Shown here piece after piece: positions 47,606-59,066 of a stretch of 64,000 bases of DNA. The translations under genes and the position numbers were made by a program. Source of the DNA: a virus; the IMG/VR virus record IMGVR_UViG_3300042503_000209, positions 44,134 to 108,133 of that record, one strand, 5' to 3'. The notes beneath the pieces were generated by a model. The model saw nothing but the letters and a program-made list of their open reading frames with translations. It was not told where the DNA came from and did no database searches. How positions within the stretch are numbered: the first letter of the stretch is position 1; each line of letters opens with the position of its first letter.

Positions 47606-48118
47606 TTAGTTCAAAGGAACCACCTTAGTTTCTTCAACCTTAATAAGCTTAAAGAAGGTTCCGTAGTTCTCAGAGGTTTCCACTTTTTCAAAGTCCTCAA
47701 GAGTAAAAGCTTTATACTCCAACTCTTTCTCTGTTTGAAGCAAGTCGTTAAACTCTTTCTCAAATAATTGAAAGTCAGGGTTAATAACTTTCTTAGTAAA
47801 CCAGTTACCATCCTTATCTACGTCTTTCATAGGTTGACCTTCTGAGTCAAGCTCTTCAATAACCATAGGGATAGAAATACCACCCTTTTCATCTTCCTTA
47901 CCGTACTTCTTGATAAGGTCATTCTTTAGTTCTTCGACAGCAGCCTTTTCAGCAGCCACCTTCTTACCTAGTTCTGTTAACCAGTACTTAGTAACTAAAG
48001 ACAGTTTTTCCTGGATAAGACCAGAAGCAATTTTTTCACCAGTTTGCTGGTTGGTTAAACCGTTAAGTTCTGCATCTAGATTGTAGAACTCAAACAGTTT
48101 CAAAGAAATTTTTTCCAT
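47606..48118 (-). CDS. DUF1617-like acidic helical protein, 170 aa
   Basis: KLSLVTKYWL...LKNDLIKKYG...FEKEFNDLL resembles DUF1617-type proteins found near fibre genes. Family assignment is from recall. Confidence 0.5.
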   Translation of the reverse strand: MEKISLKLFEFYNLDAELNGLTNQQTGEKIASGLIQEKLSLVTKYWLTELGKKVAAEKAAVEELKNDLIKKYGKEDEKGGISIPMVIEELDSEGQPMKDVDKDGNWFTKKVINPDFQLFEKEFNDLLQTEKELEYKAFTLEDFEKVETSENYGTFFKLIKVEETKVVPLN

Positions 48119-48206
48119 GTGTTTTTAAATTTTTAGATTAATCTGTTACGAATATACAAAGATATGCAATTGTTAGACCAAATTAGTTATCCACAAATGT
48201 GAATGA

Positions 48207-48434
48207 CTATATGACAGACAATGCTGCTAACACTTCTGACTTAGCAGTATTAAACACTTCTTCTGTAGTAAGAGGCCATTCTTCAGCACCAGCTACATAT
48301 CTTGTATAGTACTCTTCATTAGTCATAAACCCTAAAATTTTTTCAGTAGGTTTGTTTACAACATTAGTAATTGTTTTAGCATCCGTATCAATTCTAACTG
48401 GAATCGAATCTGGTCTTAGTTTGTAAATTATCAT
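48207..48434 (-). CDS. Hypothetical protein, 75 aa
   Basis: Co-directional ORF filling the gap, with an A-rich start context. Confidence 0.65.
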   Translation of the reverse strand: MIIYKLRPDSIPVRIDTDAKTITNVVNKPTEKILGFMTNEEYYTRYVAGAEEWPLTTEEVFNTAKSEVLAALSVI

Positions 48435-48451
48435 ATTATTTTATTTATTAA

Positions 48452-48919
48452 TTAACAAGGTACAATATCACTATAAGCAACATTAGGAAAATAGTTTTGA
48501 CTACCACTACTTGTTGGAAAGATAGACCAAAATTCATTTTGTCTAACTTCTCCTATACAGTTAACACCTCCTCCTGAGTATACTGATGCACTACCGCAAG
48601 CAGTTCCAGAAGGTATAGTTACACTACCTGTAAAAAATCCACCTAAATCACCATACCAGTTTATACCAACGTTTACATTTGTATTTACAACCTGTGATGA
48701 TGTTGCTGCAAAAGTATAATAATTATAACAACCAACATAAGCTGGAAGATATACATCAATGTTTACAGTAACTGATGCACTATATCCATAGAACTCACTC
48801 ATAGCATCTGGTGTAGATTTACCAGCTAATCCTGAAAGGTTTCTAAGACTTCCATCACTTGTTCCAAGTTCTGTTCTAATTTGACTGATGCTTATAGCAC
48901 CTGATGATGGTAATGGCAT
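48452..48919 (-). CDS. Putative fibre-tip/adhesin protein, 155 aa
   Basis: MPLPSSGAISISQIRTELG...AMSEFYG, an N-terminal motif typical of genes that follow S74-bearing fibres; variable C-terminal beta domain. Confidence 0.55.
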   Translation of the reverse strand: MPLPSSGAISISQIRTELGTSDGSLRNLSGLAGKSTPDAMSEFYGYSASVTVNIDVYLPAYVGCYNYYTFAATSSQVVNTNVNVGINWYGDLGGFFTGSVTIPSGTACGSASVYSGGGVNCIGEVRQNEFWSIFPTSSGSQNYFPNVAYSDIVPC

Positions 48920-48922
48920 ATG

Positions 48923-51900
48923 TTATTTATTTTTTAGTTCTTTGATTTCTTTCTTTAACTCTTCTATCTGAGATTGCTGCTCTTTAATACCTTCTATTAA
49001 CAAAGGTACAATACGATCATATTTTACAGTAAGATAATTTTCTCCAGTCTTAGATATTACTTCTCCTGTCTCAGCTATACCCTGCATATCAAATGGAGCT
49101 AACGAAACTGCTTGAGGTAGTACGGCTTGAATCTGTTGTGCAGAAACCCCAGCTTGTTCTTTTTGATTAGTATATCCAAGACTACGTGCTAAATCATTTT
49201 CTACGTATACAAAACCTTCTAATGATTTAATTTTTTCTATAGCATCTGTAATAGTATTTATCTTAGTTTTTAATCTTTCATCAGAATAGTATGCTGTAAT
49301 ATCTCCAGAAGCTAATATATTACCATTTCCAAACTCACCTCCGCTAGATTGAAATCCAACTAATGAAGAACCATTTATTATTTGATGATGCCAAGTTGCT
49401 GAGTTACTAAAGTTCCATAATGCACCATATGATTCAGATAATCTAGCCCCAGTACTATTACTAGTAGAAGCTCCTGATCCAGTTAATGCTAAAACACCAC
49501 CAAAGTTTAGTCCATTAACAGTTGCATTGTTAGATAATGTACCGGCACTACCTGCACTTCCTGTAATATTTATACCCCACGTTCCTGAAGCATTGCCACC
49601 AGTTAATGTAGGAGAATATGAGTTATAATTACTTGAATGTAAAGATTGAACAAGACTAAAATCTACTTGTTTATCTGTAGTAGGTTGAGAACTATTTGTT
49701 ATACTTGTTACTTTATTAATTACTCTACCTGCATAAGCTGTATAAACTTTAATATTAAAACCTTCCCAATAACCACCAGTAGGCCACCAAAAAGCTAAGT
49801 TTCCACCAACTCTTATAGCTCTTACACTTATTGGTTTACCGTTAGATAAACCAGCAGTTGCTATAATAGTACCACCATATATATACCCTTGAATTTGTAT
49901 ATCAATCAACATTTGATTAAAATAGGAATTACCACGTATTTCTAATACAAAAGGATCACCATACTCCCCGTATACTATACTAGTTTGAACAAGAGTACCA
50001 TTTGGAAAATCTCTATTACTATGTAAAAAATCAGTAGATGAGTCTGTTGCAGAACCTGCAATATTAATACTCCAAGTACCATCGGCTATACCACGAATAG
50101 AGTTTTTAACATGAGCTAATGTAGATTTTCTAGACCACCCATCACCATTAGAAGTAATAAAGCTACTAATAGTAGGATTTTCTGTTTCAGTTGTATTAAA
50201 ATTAATATGATTAGCATAAATATAACCATTAGCATCACGTTGTACAATATGACTACCATTAACACCTGTTGTTATATTTCCTGCTGCTACACTGCTTCCT
50301 GATATAGCTCCAGTATTTGATAATGTAATTACTGGTGTACCGCCTCTATTTGCAGAAAATATTCTTACACCAGCACTAAATCTCATTGAACAATAAGCAT
50401 CATTAAGATCTACTATGTCTCCATCATCTGCTAATATAATACCACCTCCTGTAGCATTTCCAGATGATACAGTCAAATTACCAGTTAAAGTTAATGATGT
50501 TGCTGATGATGTAATATAACCTGGGCCGTTACTTAATTGGTTTAAATTAGTTAGATTGCCCGCATGCCAAATAGCATAGTCAGTATCTCCTCCATTTGCT
50601 TTTACATAAGTAAACCAAGATAAATATAAAGTACCTTGACCGTATACCCCTAATGTGTTAACATAAAGTTCAGCCCAAGCTGATAGTGAATTATTGTGTC
50701 CAAATACACCAGGTCTACCTGTATAGTTTCCAAGAAAAGATGACTTATCAGCACTAGCATTAAATGAACCTATCCTACCTCTCCATGCTGTAGAAGTACC
50801 ATCATGCTGAACTTTTAAAGCTGAGTCAATACCATTTATTGTTATAGCGGTACTTGTACTTGCACCTCTACCAGTTACTGAGGAAAGTGTATCAGTTTCT
50901 GTGTATCCAGTTATATAACCGCTTGGATTTGTACTATTGTATGGTATATATCCTAAAGCATTAGTTACTTGTGTAGATGTAATACTAGTAAGATATCCTG
51001 GACCATTTGTAAGCTGGTTCAAATTAGTCAAGTTTCCTGCATGATATACTGTATTACCACCAACAGATAAAACACCACCAAAACTAATAGCCATTACTGA
51101 ACTATTGTTTATTCTCCATTCATAAGTAGTACCGTTAGTTTTAGCAGCAGGTGTACCAATAATAGTATTATATTCTGAATCCCACGATCCTACGTTTTGT
51201 ACAAGTCTTGCACCACCTTGAAACCAAAGTTCATCAGAATGCACTCCAGGTCCTTGAAAATCATTAAAAACTCCAATAGTCATTCTAATGTCCTCAGTAG
51301 TTGGAGCACCATTTGTATTAGCAGAATCATCCTGCATTAATATCCAACCATAATCTGAAGTTTGGTTAACCTTGGACTCAAATTTCATCATGGTGTAACC
51401 ACCAGATGTAGTTGGTCTAAAGTGAGCTACAATACCATCTTGTTCATTTACAGTATCAAGTCTAATATATCTTCCATCATGGTTATGAGATGGCAAAGAA
51501 GTTAAATATGTATTATTATCATAAGATACAGTTGTACCTGAAACTTTTACAAACCCTGTTCCATTTAATGTTGTACCAGAACTAATTGCTACACCATTAA
51601 CTCTAAATGTTCCTGTAATATTTACATCACCAGCAACTTGTAATAAACCAGCTCCTGTAATAGCTGTTGAAGATCCTACTAGTACAACACCACCTGCTGG
51701 CTGAAGTCTTAATGTACCAGAAGCAATAGATGTACCATAATATGTTTGCCACTGACCAAATGCTGTAGCAGTATTACCACCAGCTACTAGTTGAACAAAT
51801 CCATTATTACCACCTGTTGCAGGATTAGAATCTATTAATATTAACTGTGCAGGTACACCTGAAGTATTTTTAATAATTAGTCCACCATTTACATCTAACT

Positions 51901-53518
51901 TAAAAGCTGAAGATTCAAACGGAGAAGCTGTATTAATACCTATAGCACTTCCGTTATCAAACGCTACACTATTACCAACAGATGTAGAACCTGTCCATTT
52001 AGAAAGATAGTTAGTTGTACCTGAACCAGAAATACCAGTAGATATAGTCCACGATCTATCAGCTGATAAATCATAACTTACACCGTTAATTGTTAATGAA
52101 CGAGTTGTAGGTACACCACCAAGTCCTGATAATGTAGGAATATTAGAAGTTAATGCTATAGTACCTGAAGCATCAGGTAATGAGTAAAATCTTTGTGTTG
52201 TTATAGCAGTAGCACTAAAGTAAAATGCTTTTGTAGCACCACTAAAATAAAATCCAAAACCATCTGTTCCTACTGGTCCAATCGTAGTATATCCTGAACC
52301 ACCTAATCCAAGACCTGCAGCTTGTTCAAAAATTAAACCATTTACTGAACTACCATATTTTGATATTGTTAACCCTCTTGATGTTAATCCATATAATCCT
52401 AAATCAACGTTAGATGTTGCACCAGTGTATGGTACATAAGGACTTAAATCATAAGTAGGTAATGTCTGCCACGTTTTATCACCTCTCCAATATTGAGCAG
52501 TTGTTCCTGCGATAATAGCTGGTTCTTTAGTACCTATTAACGTAGTAATGCTTGTACTAAAGTTAGCATCATCTCCTAATGCAGCTGCAAGCTCATTAAG
52601 AGTATTAAGTGTAGTTGGAGCTGCGTCTACAAGATTAGCTATACTTGTATCTACATATGTCTTTAAAGCATAGTTAGCTTTCTCAGATGTCCAAATAGGA
52701 TCAGTCTCTGTAAAAGATTGTAAGTATCTTCCGTCCGCTTGTGTTTTAGTATAATAGTTTATTTTTTCTGACGTCCATATAGGATCTGTTTCTGTGTAAG
52801 AAGTTAGATAACCAGCTAACGCATGGTTGCCCCAAGTGTACGCTGTATTCCAATTACTAATATTTGTAGTGGTGATAGCTTTAACATGAGATGAAACTGT
52901 AGGATCAGTTTCAGTAAATGATGTTAAGTATCCGGCAAGTGTATGATTACCCCATCCAAACGCAGTGTTCCAGTTAGTAGAATTATCAACTATACTAGTT
53001 CCCCATGCTGTTCCATTAGATAAAGGTATACCAGCAGATGGATAGACCATTGCATCTATAGTAAATGTTCTATTGGCAGATAAATCAGCGGTCTGACCAT
53101 TAATAGTAATAGTTCTTGTTACAGGTACATAGTTACCCACTATACCTGAACCATACTGTGGTATATTAAGTATACCTGTAGTGCTATCATAAGTAGCTGG
53201 ACCAGATGTATTAAAAGTAGTTAAGTTAATAGCTTTTCTAGCTCTTCCGTCAGAAAAATATAAGGCTTGACCTTCTGTAACTTGATCTGTATTATAATCT
53301 CCTCTAAGAGCTGTAACTGCACCTGTTCTACCATATACAGAAGTAACAAGGTTGCCACCACTCTGTGTGATAAGCTGTGCTACTGTAGCAGATGATATCC
53401 TACCATTAACTCCGGGCACAAGAACTTTATTCTGCGTACCAGTAGTAGCAGGTATAGAAGCTACAGATACGCCTGCAGGAAAATAAGCATTACCATAACT
53501 ATCTACTTGATAAGACAT
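48923..53518 (-). CDS. Tail fibre 3 with C-terminal peptidase S74 intramolecular chaperone, 1531 aa
   Basis: TAYYSDERLK...GVSAQ...YDRIVPLLIEGIKE; G/T/S/N-rich repeats; TLNELAAALGDD motif. Confidence 0.9.
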   Translation of the reverse strand: MSYQVDSYGNAYFPAGVSVASIPATTGTQNKVLVPGVNGRISSATVAQLITQSGGNLVTSVYGRTGAVTALRGDYNTDQVTEGQALYFSDGRARKAINLTTFNTSGPATYDSTTGILNIPQYGSGIVGNYVPVTRTITINGQTADLSANRTFTIDAMVYPSAGIPLSNGTAWGTSIVDNSTNWNTAFGWGNHTLAGYLTSFTETDPTVSSHVKAITTTNISNWNTAYTWGNHALAGYLTSYTETDPIWTSEKINYYTKTQADGRYLQSFTETDPIWTSEKANYALKTYVDTSIANLVDAAPTTLNTLNELAAALGDDANFSTSITTLIGTKEPAIIAGTTAQYWRGDKTWQTLPTYDLSPYVPYTGATSNVDLGLYGLTSRGLTISKYGSSVNGLIFEQAAGLGLGGSGYTTIGPVGTDGFGFYFSGATKAFYFSATAITTQRFYSLPDASGTIALTSNIPTLSGLGGVPTTRSLTINGVSYDLSADRSWTISTGISGSGTTNYLSKWTGSTSVGNSVAFDNGSAIGINTASPFESSAFKLDVNGGLIIKNTSGVPAQLILIDSNPATGGNNGFVQLVAGGNTATAFGQWQTYYGTSIASGTLRLQPAGGVVLVGSSTAITGAGLLQVAGDVNITGTFRVNGVAISSGTTLNGTGFVKVSGTTVSYDNNTYLTSLPSHNHDGRYIRLDTVNEQDGIVAHFRPTTSGGYTMMKFESKVNQTSDYGWILMQDDSANTNGAPTTEDIRMTIGVFNDFQGPGVHSDELWFQGGARLVQNVGSWDSEYNTIIGTPAAKTNGTTYEWRINNSSVMAISFGGVLSVGGNTVYHAGNLTNLNQLTNGPGYLTSITSTQVTNALGYIPYNSTNPSGYITGYTETDTLSSVTGRGASTSTAITINGIDSALKVQHDGTSTAWRGRIGSFNASADKSSFLGNYTGRPGVFGHNNSLSAWAELYVNTLGVYGQGTLYLSWFTYVKANGGDTDYAIWHAGNLTNLNQLSNGPGYITSSATSLTLTGNLTVSSGNATGGGIILADDGDIVDLNDAYCSMRFSAGVRIFSANRGGTPVITLSNTGAISGSSVAAGNITTGVNGSHIVQRDANGYIYANHINFNTTETENPTISSFITSNGDGWSRKSTLAHVKNSIRGIADGTWSINIAGSATDSSTDFLHSNRDFPNGTLVQTSIVYGEYGDPFVLEIRGNSYFNQMLIDIQIQGYIYGGTIIATAGLSNGKPISVRAIRVGGNLAFWWPTGGYWEGFNIKVYTAYAGRVINKVTSITNSSQPTTDKQVDFSLVQSLHSSNYNSYSPTLTGGNASGTWGINITGSAGSAGTLSNNATVNGLNFGGVLALTGSGASTSNSTGARLSESYGALWNFSNSATWHHQIINGSSLVGFQSSGGEFGNGNILASGDITAYYSDERLKTKINTITDAIEKIKSLEGFVYVENDLARSLGYTNQKEQAGVSAQQIQAVLPQAVSLAPFDMQGIAETGEVISKTGENYLTVKYDRIVPLLIEGIKEQQSQIEELKKEIKELKNK

Positions 53519-56500
53519 TATCTAACTTGTTTTGTAGTTTTTCAATTTGTAACTGTTGTTCTTTAATAGCTTCAATAAGCACACCTACTATATTTCCATA
53601 TGATACACCATACTCATCTACGTCAGCAGCATAAGTAACAACTTCAGGTAACACTTCATTTATTTCTTGTGCAATAACACCTGTTTGTCTACCACGTGCT
53701 ACGTCATCTATTCTTGTATAATAAACACCACGTAAGTTAATAACTTTTTCTAAAGCATTATCTATAGTAACAATATCTGTTTTCTTTCTAGCATCTGAGT
53801 ATGCTACCACATCTCCTTCAGCATATAATGAACCACCAATATAAGCTCTATAAGAAGATGATGTACTTGAAGTTGAAATACCAGTACAGTTATTTCCTAT
53901 ATGATGGTACCAATACCATCTTCCATTAGCTTCTCTATAAACACCTCCATTACCACCACTATCATACATAAATCCATTTACAGCACTATAACTATCATAT
54001 ATACCACCGTAACTATTCTTACTACCAATTATTTCCATTTGAGTATAGGTAGAAGAAATATTTGGTCTTATATGAAAACTATAGTAACTAGGCCAAAATA
54101 TACCGTGTGAACCATTTACTTGTAACCAGTTTTGTACGTTATAGTAACCACTACCATTACCTACAGCATTAGGTGCATTTACATAAGATGTAAAGTTACC
54201 TGAGTGAATAATACTTCTTAAAGAGTTCCAACTTGTATTATTACCTGATCGTAAATACCAGTTTTCATGTGCGGAGTCAGATGGTCCTATAATTTGCCAT
54301 GCAGCATAACCATCATGCCATCCCTGTAAAGTCATTACACTATGCCATCCACTTACAATTTGGTTGGTAAATTCCCAAGATACTCTATAATCATCATAAT
54401 CATTAGGTGTTCTTTGACCACCACGAGTATCTTGAATAATACCTCTATACGTTCTATTTATTTCACCTCCTGAAGTAACATACCCACTATCATTACTAAA
54501 AGATGATACTGCTGTAGGTCTACCTGAAACATTTCCCCATGCTACAGAACCCGCAGATGAGGCATAACTAACTGACTGAGAACTAATGTTTGCAGAAGTA
54601 ATAATAGTTCTCCAACTACTCCATGAATTTGTTCCATAAAAACAGTTTCTATGTAATAGTTGTCCATCATAACTAAAGTATAATTGGTCATGCTCGTGTG
54701 CAACTCTACCATAAATATCTAATATAGTACCATAAACAGTTGGATATCCAGAACCTCCATTACTACCATATTGGTCCCAAAGAGTTACTGTATTAGGATT
54801 AGTTGCTGTATGAGCACCATTAGACCAGTTCCACTGGTTGTTACCAGTTTGTATTCTATCTGAATAATTAGCAAAATTTACAGATTGAGATCCTATATTA
54901 CCAGAGTCAATAACATCATGCCAAGTACCTGATCCTCTATATTGTTTAAATCTACCTTCTGCCCAATAATTACCACCACCATTTGCATAATAGTCACCAT
55001 TTATAATAATTCTATATCCAGTATTAATTGCTTGTCCTACGCCTATGTAATCAAACTGACCACTATATAATCTAGAAAGGCTATTTGTTTGTAGATAATA
55101 ACTATTATTATCATTCATATACATAGCACCATTAGCAGTCTTGCGTATGTCCCAAGCAGCCCATGTTCCATTCAAGAATCCATAATCACCACCACTACCA
55201 TAAATTTGAAAAGCAAACTGGTCTCCACTACCTCTACCAAGTATACCACAGTCAGCAGCACCTGAACTTTTTACAAGAAGGTTTCTATTATTATTAGTTT
55301 GAATATAAACACCACCGTTCATGTAGATAGAACCTACATAGTCTACACTAGCTCCTTCCATACTAAGAGCTTTACCATTGTAAGATCTTATATAAGAAGA
55401 ATCTGTCATTCTCCAACCACCACCATATGATTCAAAGTATAAACCTTGACTACCACCTACTCGTAACCAATCAGAAGTATATAAACTACCATACACTTGT
55501 ACTTGATAACCGTTATCACTATTTTGTCCAAAAGAAGTCCGACCTGTAGAATGCATTTTGGCAGCAAAAACTCCATTTACACTTGTAAAGTCACTTGTAT
55601 TATTTACATAAAATACAAGACTACCACCTGTATTAGTTCTTCCTCCAATAATATAGTTTTCTCCATTATTACCTAACTGAAGACCATACCAATTTAAAGA
55701 TGCATGATAAATGTCAGAACCTGATGTATATCTTGCTCTAAAATGATATGAACTATTATAAGTTCGTATATCTGCAGTATCATTTATAGAGTTTACATTA
55801 AGATACATAGTACCGTATAACCAGTTAGTACCCTGACTATAAATTCCAGCAGGATGATATGTAGCTTCTCCTGTTCCCCCTACATTTGAACTTCCTCTAT
55901 AAGAGGTAGCATAAATAGTATCACTTGAAGGATTTACATAAATATTTCCTGTACCATATACACTATTACCACTTCCCCATAATAATTGATAATTAGCGTT
56001 TGAGTCGTTATTATAATTAATAGAAACTTGAGAAGCTGTAGAAGCAGAACCAGAACTATCAGAATAAGCTACTCTTACTGCAGCAGGAGTTCCAGGACTT
56101 ACTTGAAATAACCATCTAGATCCATCATATGTTAAATAACCAAAGTATGGATTAGCAGCATCATAATTATATGCTGAATCTGTAGAGTATAATCTAGCTG
56201 TACCCTGATTAGCAAAACCTGTAACTCTAATACTCCATGTACCACTTGCTCCACTACCTGTTAGGGTTGGAGAGTAAGAGTTATAGTTAGAAGCATCTAA
56301 TATTTTATAATGTGTACCATCACCATACCAAGATCCATCATATCTAGCATATGGATTCCATAGTACAACACGATCATTTGTTCCCCAACCTCCACGTGGT
56401 CCAGCTACTATATAGTTAATTTCACCAGATGCACCACGGTTTGCTCCTGCTAATCTCCAAACTGAATATCCAGAATTATTAGCTTCATCATATGTTCCAA

Positions 56501-59057
56501 TTCTCCATGTGTTAACTCCAGCTACATATCTTATCCATTGATTCCAAGAACCCCATCCAGCACCATTAGAAACAATATAGTTATGATTAGATTGGTTATT
56601 AGCCATTCTAATAACACCTTCTGAAGCTTCGTAGTCATGAAGATTACCACCAGCTCTCACTCTATAAATATCAAGTGTACCACCTGAATTCAATTTCATA
56701 GCTTGAGTACTATTAGAATACCAAGTATGGTTACCTTGACGAGAGTTGTATCGTAATTGACCAGAACCAGATTCTGTACCAACATATCCTTCCCATTGAC
56801 CTGACGTATTATGATATTCTATTCCTGCAAAACCAGACCATAATATAATTTGAGTTCCTGCCATGTTTATAGAACCAGTCATAGTACCACCAGAAAGTGA
56901 TAGATATGAACCAGTAGAAGCATAAGCCATAGAACCAAGTCCTAAGAAAGAAGCAACTGCTGTTGAGTTATAACTTCTAACATAATAATCACTAGAATTA
57001 AAACCTGCTATATATCCAAGTCCAGATGAATTTCTTTCAGAACCTCCACCTGACATATAAAAGTATGAGTTTTGTATATATCCATTAGCATCTCTTTGTA
57101 CAATTGTATAAGCTCCTCCTGTTTGATTAGGTCCATAACCACCTAAAGTTGCTGCATTACCTGTTATAGAAATACCCCAAGTACCACTATTTGTTACAAC
57201 TTGATTCCATCCATTCCAAGATCCATCATATCTTCCTCGGATATAGATTTTATTACCTGGACTACCATATGAAATAGCCATTTGAGTAACATTACCTGTA
57301 CCATCTTTTGAAGAATACTCAAGATTAAATGGATGAAAATATTCACCTGGACCTGGACCATTAGAGTGTGTACCGAGTAATAATGTATAACCTGTACCAG
57401 GTCTTGTATTAGTAACATGATTCCAATCTGCTGTACCACTTGTTGTCATTGCACCAAACCAATCTCTAGCTGTAGTAATATAACCAGGACTATTTGTTAG
57501 TTGGTTTAAATTTGTTAAGTTACCAGAATGCCATACAGTATTACCATTATATGTCATATTCCCAGTATTGGGAATAATAAAATCTGTACCACCTGTAGTT
57601 GTAACACGCATTCTGTTACCAGATTGCATTCTAAACCAAGTATCTGTACCATCAAAATCTATTAATACACGACCTATTGTAGCATTTGTACTAAAAGTTA
57701 CAGCTGTAGAAGTTGATGCACCTCTAGCTGTCACTGATGCTAAAGTATCTACTTCTGTATAAGAAGTTAAGAATGCCGGTACACCAGTTATTTTAGAATA
57801 AGCTAATGATGTAATCCAAGATGGGTTAGCATATGATCCACTTAAACTTACATAACTACTTGATGCACTACTTTGTGTCAAATATGTACTTGCAGCATTA
57901 GTTAAAGTAAGATAGTTACTAGATGCTGAAGATTGTGATAGATAAGTACTTGCCGCATTAGTAAGCGTTAAGTAAGTATTAGAAGCACTAGTTTGACTTA
58001 AATATGTACTAGCTGCGTTTGTTAGTGTTAAGTAAGTATTGCCTGCACTAGTTTGTGAAAGATAAGTGCTAGCTGCATTAGTTAAGGTAAGATAAGTATT
58101 AGAAGCTGTAGTTTGACTTAAGTAAGTAGTAGCAGCAGTAGCAGATGTTAAGTATCCTGCACTAGCATGATTACCCCAACCGTGTGCTGTATCAGCTCTA
58201 GTTCCTTGTGCTGCCGTAGCAAAATCCCCTGTAGCAGAAAGAGCAGCTGTTCCTAACCCTAAGTTAGTACGACCATTACCTTGCTGTGTAGAGTTAAGAC
58301 CTTGTGCAGCCGTATCAACACGTAATCTATTTCCTAAAGAAGTAGCAGTTGTTGTAGCAAAATTTGCATCATCACCTAAAGCTGCAGCTAGTTCATCAAG
58401 CGTGTCAAGAAGACCTGGTGCTCCTGCTACAAGATTATTAATCTGTGTAGTAACATAAGATTGTGTAGCATAGTTGTTAGCACCTAAATAAGCTAACACT
58501 CTTGCATCTGTATAGTATAGTCTAGTTCCTTCTGCAATATCAGATGTTGTTGCACTAGCTCCTACGGTAACCCTACCTTTAGAGTCTACTGTTACCTTAG
58601 TAAATGTACCAGCAGTTACTCCTGAATTAGCTAATGTCAATGCTGTACTAGTCCCGGTTGTTCCTGTACCAGTTACATCTCCTGTAAAAGTGAGTGCTCC
58701 TGATATAGAAGCAGTGGATACAGAAGTAATACGTCCTTTAGAGTCAACAGTTACTACAGGTACAAGAGTGGCTGAACCATATATACCCGGAGTCACTGCT
58801 GTATTAGCAAGTGTAAGATTAATAGATGTAGTTCCAGATCCAGTAGCATCACCACTGACAGTAATAGATTGGTTACCTGTAAGATAAGTAAGACCGGTTA
58901 CGTATGTACGCACCCATGCAGTAGTTGGCACTTTAGAATTATTATCTCCTGCTCCAGGGGCTATGCTCACAGTAACACTAGCTGGTAGTACAACGTGTCC
59001 TTCAGCATCATACCTAAATACGTTAAGTATATTGGAGGTCTTCCTTTGTTTGTTCAT
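53499..59057 (-). CDS. Tail fibre 2 with C-terminal peptidase S74 chaperone, 1852 aa
   Basis: VAYSDARKK...GVIAQE...YGNIVGVLIEAIKE; TKVTVDSKGRVT repeats; TLDELAAALGDD motif. Confidence 0.9.
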   Translation of the reverse strand: MNKQRKTSNILNVFRYDAEGHVVLPASVTVSIAPGAGDNNSKVPTTAWVRTYVTGLTYLTGNQSITVSGDATGSGTTSINLTLANTAVTPGIYGSATLVPVVTVDSKGRITSVSTASISGALTFTGDVTGTGTTGTSTALTLANSGVTAGTFTKVTVDSKGRVTVGASATTSDIAEGTRLYYTDARVLAYLGANNYATQSYVTTQINNLVAGAPGLLDTLDELAAALGDDANFATTTATSLGNRLRVDTAAQGLNSTQQGNGRTNLGLGTAALSATGDFATAAQGTRADTAHGWGNHASAGYLTSATAATTYLSQTTASNTYLTLTNAASTYLSQTSAGNTYLTLTNAASTYLSQTSASNTYLTLTNAASTYLSQSSASSNYLTLTNAASTYLTQSSASSSYVSLSGSYANPSWITSLAYSKITGVPAFLTSYTEVDTLASVTARGASTSTAVTFSTNATIGRVLIDFDGTDTWFRMQSGNRMRVTTTGGTDFIIPNTGNMTYNGNTVWHSGNLTNLNQLTNSPGYITTARDWFGAMTTSGTADWNHVTNTRPGTGYTLLLGTHSNGPGPGEYFHPFNLEYSSKDGTGNVTQMAISYGSPGNKIYIRGRYDGSWNGWNQVVTNSGTWGISITGNAATLGGYGPNQTGGAYTIVQRDANGYIQNSYFYMSGGGSERNSSGLGYIAGFNSSDYYVRSYNSTAVASFLGLGSMAYASTGSYLSLSGGTMTGSINMAGTQIILWSGFAGIEYHNTSGQWEGYVGTESGSGQLRYNSRQGNHTWYSNSTQAMKLNSGGTLDIYRVRAGGNLHDYEASEGVIRMANNQSNHNYIVSNGAGWGSWNQWIRYVAGVNTWRIGTYDEANNSGYSVWRLAGANRGASGEINYIVAGPRGGWGTNDRVVLWNPYARYDGSWYGDGTHYKILDASNYNSYSPTLTGSGASGTWSIRVTGFANQGTARLYSTDSAYNYDAANPYFGYLTYDGSRWLFQVSPGTPAAVRVAYSDSSGSASTASQVSINYNNDSNANYQLLWGSGNSVYGTGNIYVNPSSDTIYATSYRGSSNVGGTGEATYHPAGIYSQGTNWLYGTMYLNVNSINDTADIRTYNSSYHFRARYTSGSDIYHASLNWYGLQLGNNGENYIIGGRTNTGGSLVFYVNNTSDFTSVNGVFAAKMHSTGRTSFGQNSDNGYQVQVYGSLYTSDWLRVGGSQGLYFESYGGGWRMTDSSYIRSYNGKALSMEGASVDYVGSIYMNGGVYIQTNNNRNLLVKSSGAADCGILGRGSGDQFAFQIYGSGGDYGFLNGTWAAWDIRKTANGAMYMNDNNSYYLQTNSLSRLYSGQFDYIGVGQAINTGYRIIINGDYYANGGGNYWAEGRFKQYRGSGTWHDVIDSGNIGSQSVNFANYSDRIQTGNNQWNWSNGAHTATNPNTVTLWDQYGSNGGSGYPTVYGTILDIYGRVAHEHDQLYFSYDGQLLHRNCFYGTNSWSSWRTIITSANISSQSVSYASSAGSVAWGNVSGRPTAVSSFSNDSGYVTSGGEINRTYRGIIQDTRGGQRTPNDYDDYRVSWEFTNQIVSGWHSVMTLQGWHDGYAAWQIIGPSDSAHENWYLRSGNNTSWNSLRSIIHSGNFTSYVNAPNAVGNGSGYYNVQNWLQVNGSHGIFWPSYYSFHIRPNISSTYTQMEIIGSKNSYGGIYDSYSAVNGFMYDSGGNGGVYREANGRWYWYHHIGNNCTGISTSSTSSSYRAYIGGSLYAEGDVVAYSDARKKTDIVTIDNALEKVINLRGVYYTRIDDVARGRQTGVIAQEINEVLPEVVTYAADVDEYGVSYGNIVGVLIEAIKEQQLQIEKLQNKLDNVLSSR
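57850..58152 (-). repeat. Coding tandem repeat with 60-bp period (two 30-bp sub-units), about 5 units
   Basis: Encodes (YLSQTSASNT YLTLTNAAST)n; the 60-bp period is visible line to line at 57841-58140. Confidence 0.88.
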
Positions 59058-59066
59058 AACCTACTA

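Noticed and set aside
57850-58152. Possible CRISPR array from the 60-bp periodicity
   Set aside because: There is no invariant repeat with unique spacers; it is an in-frame coding repeat.
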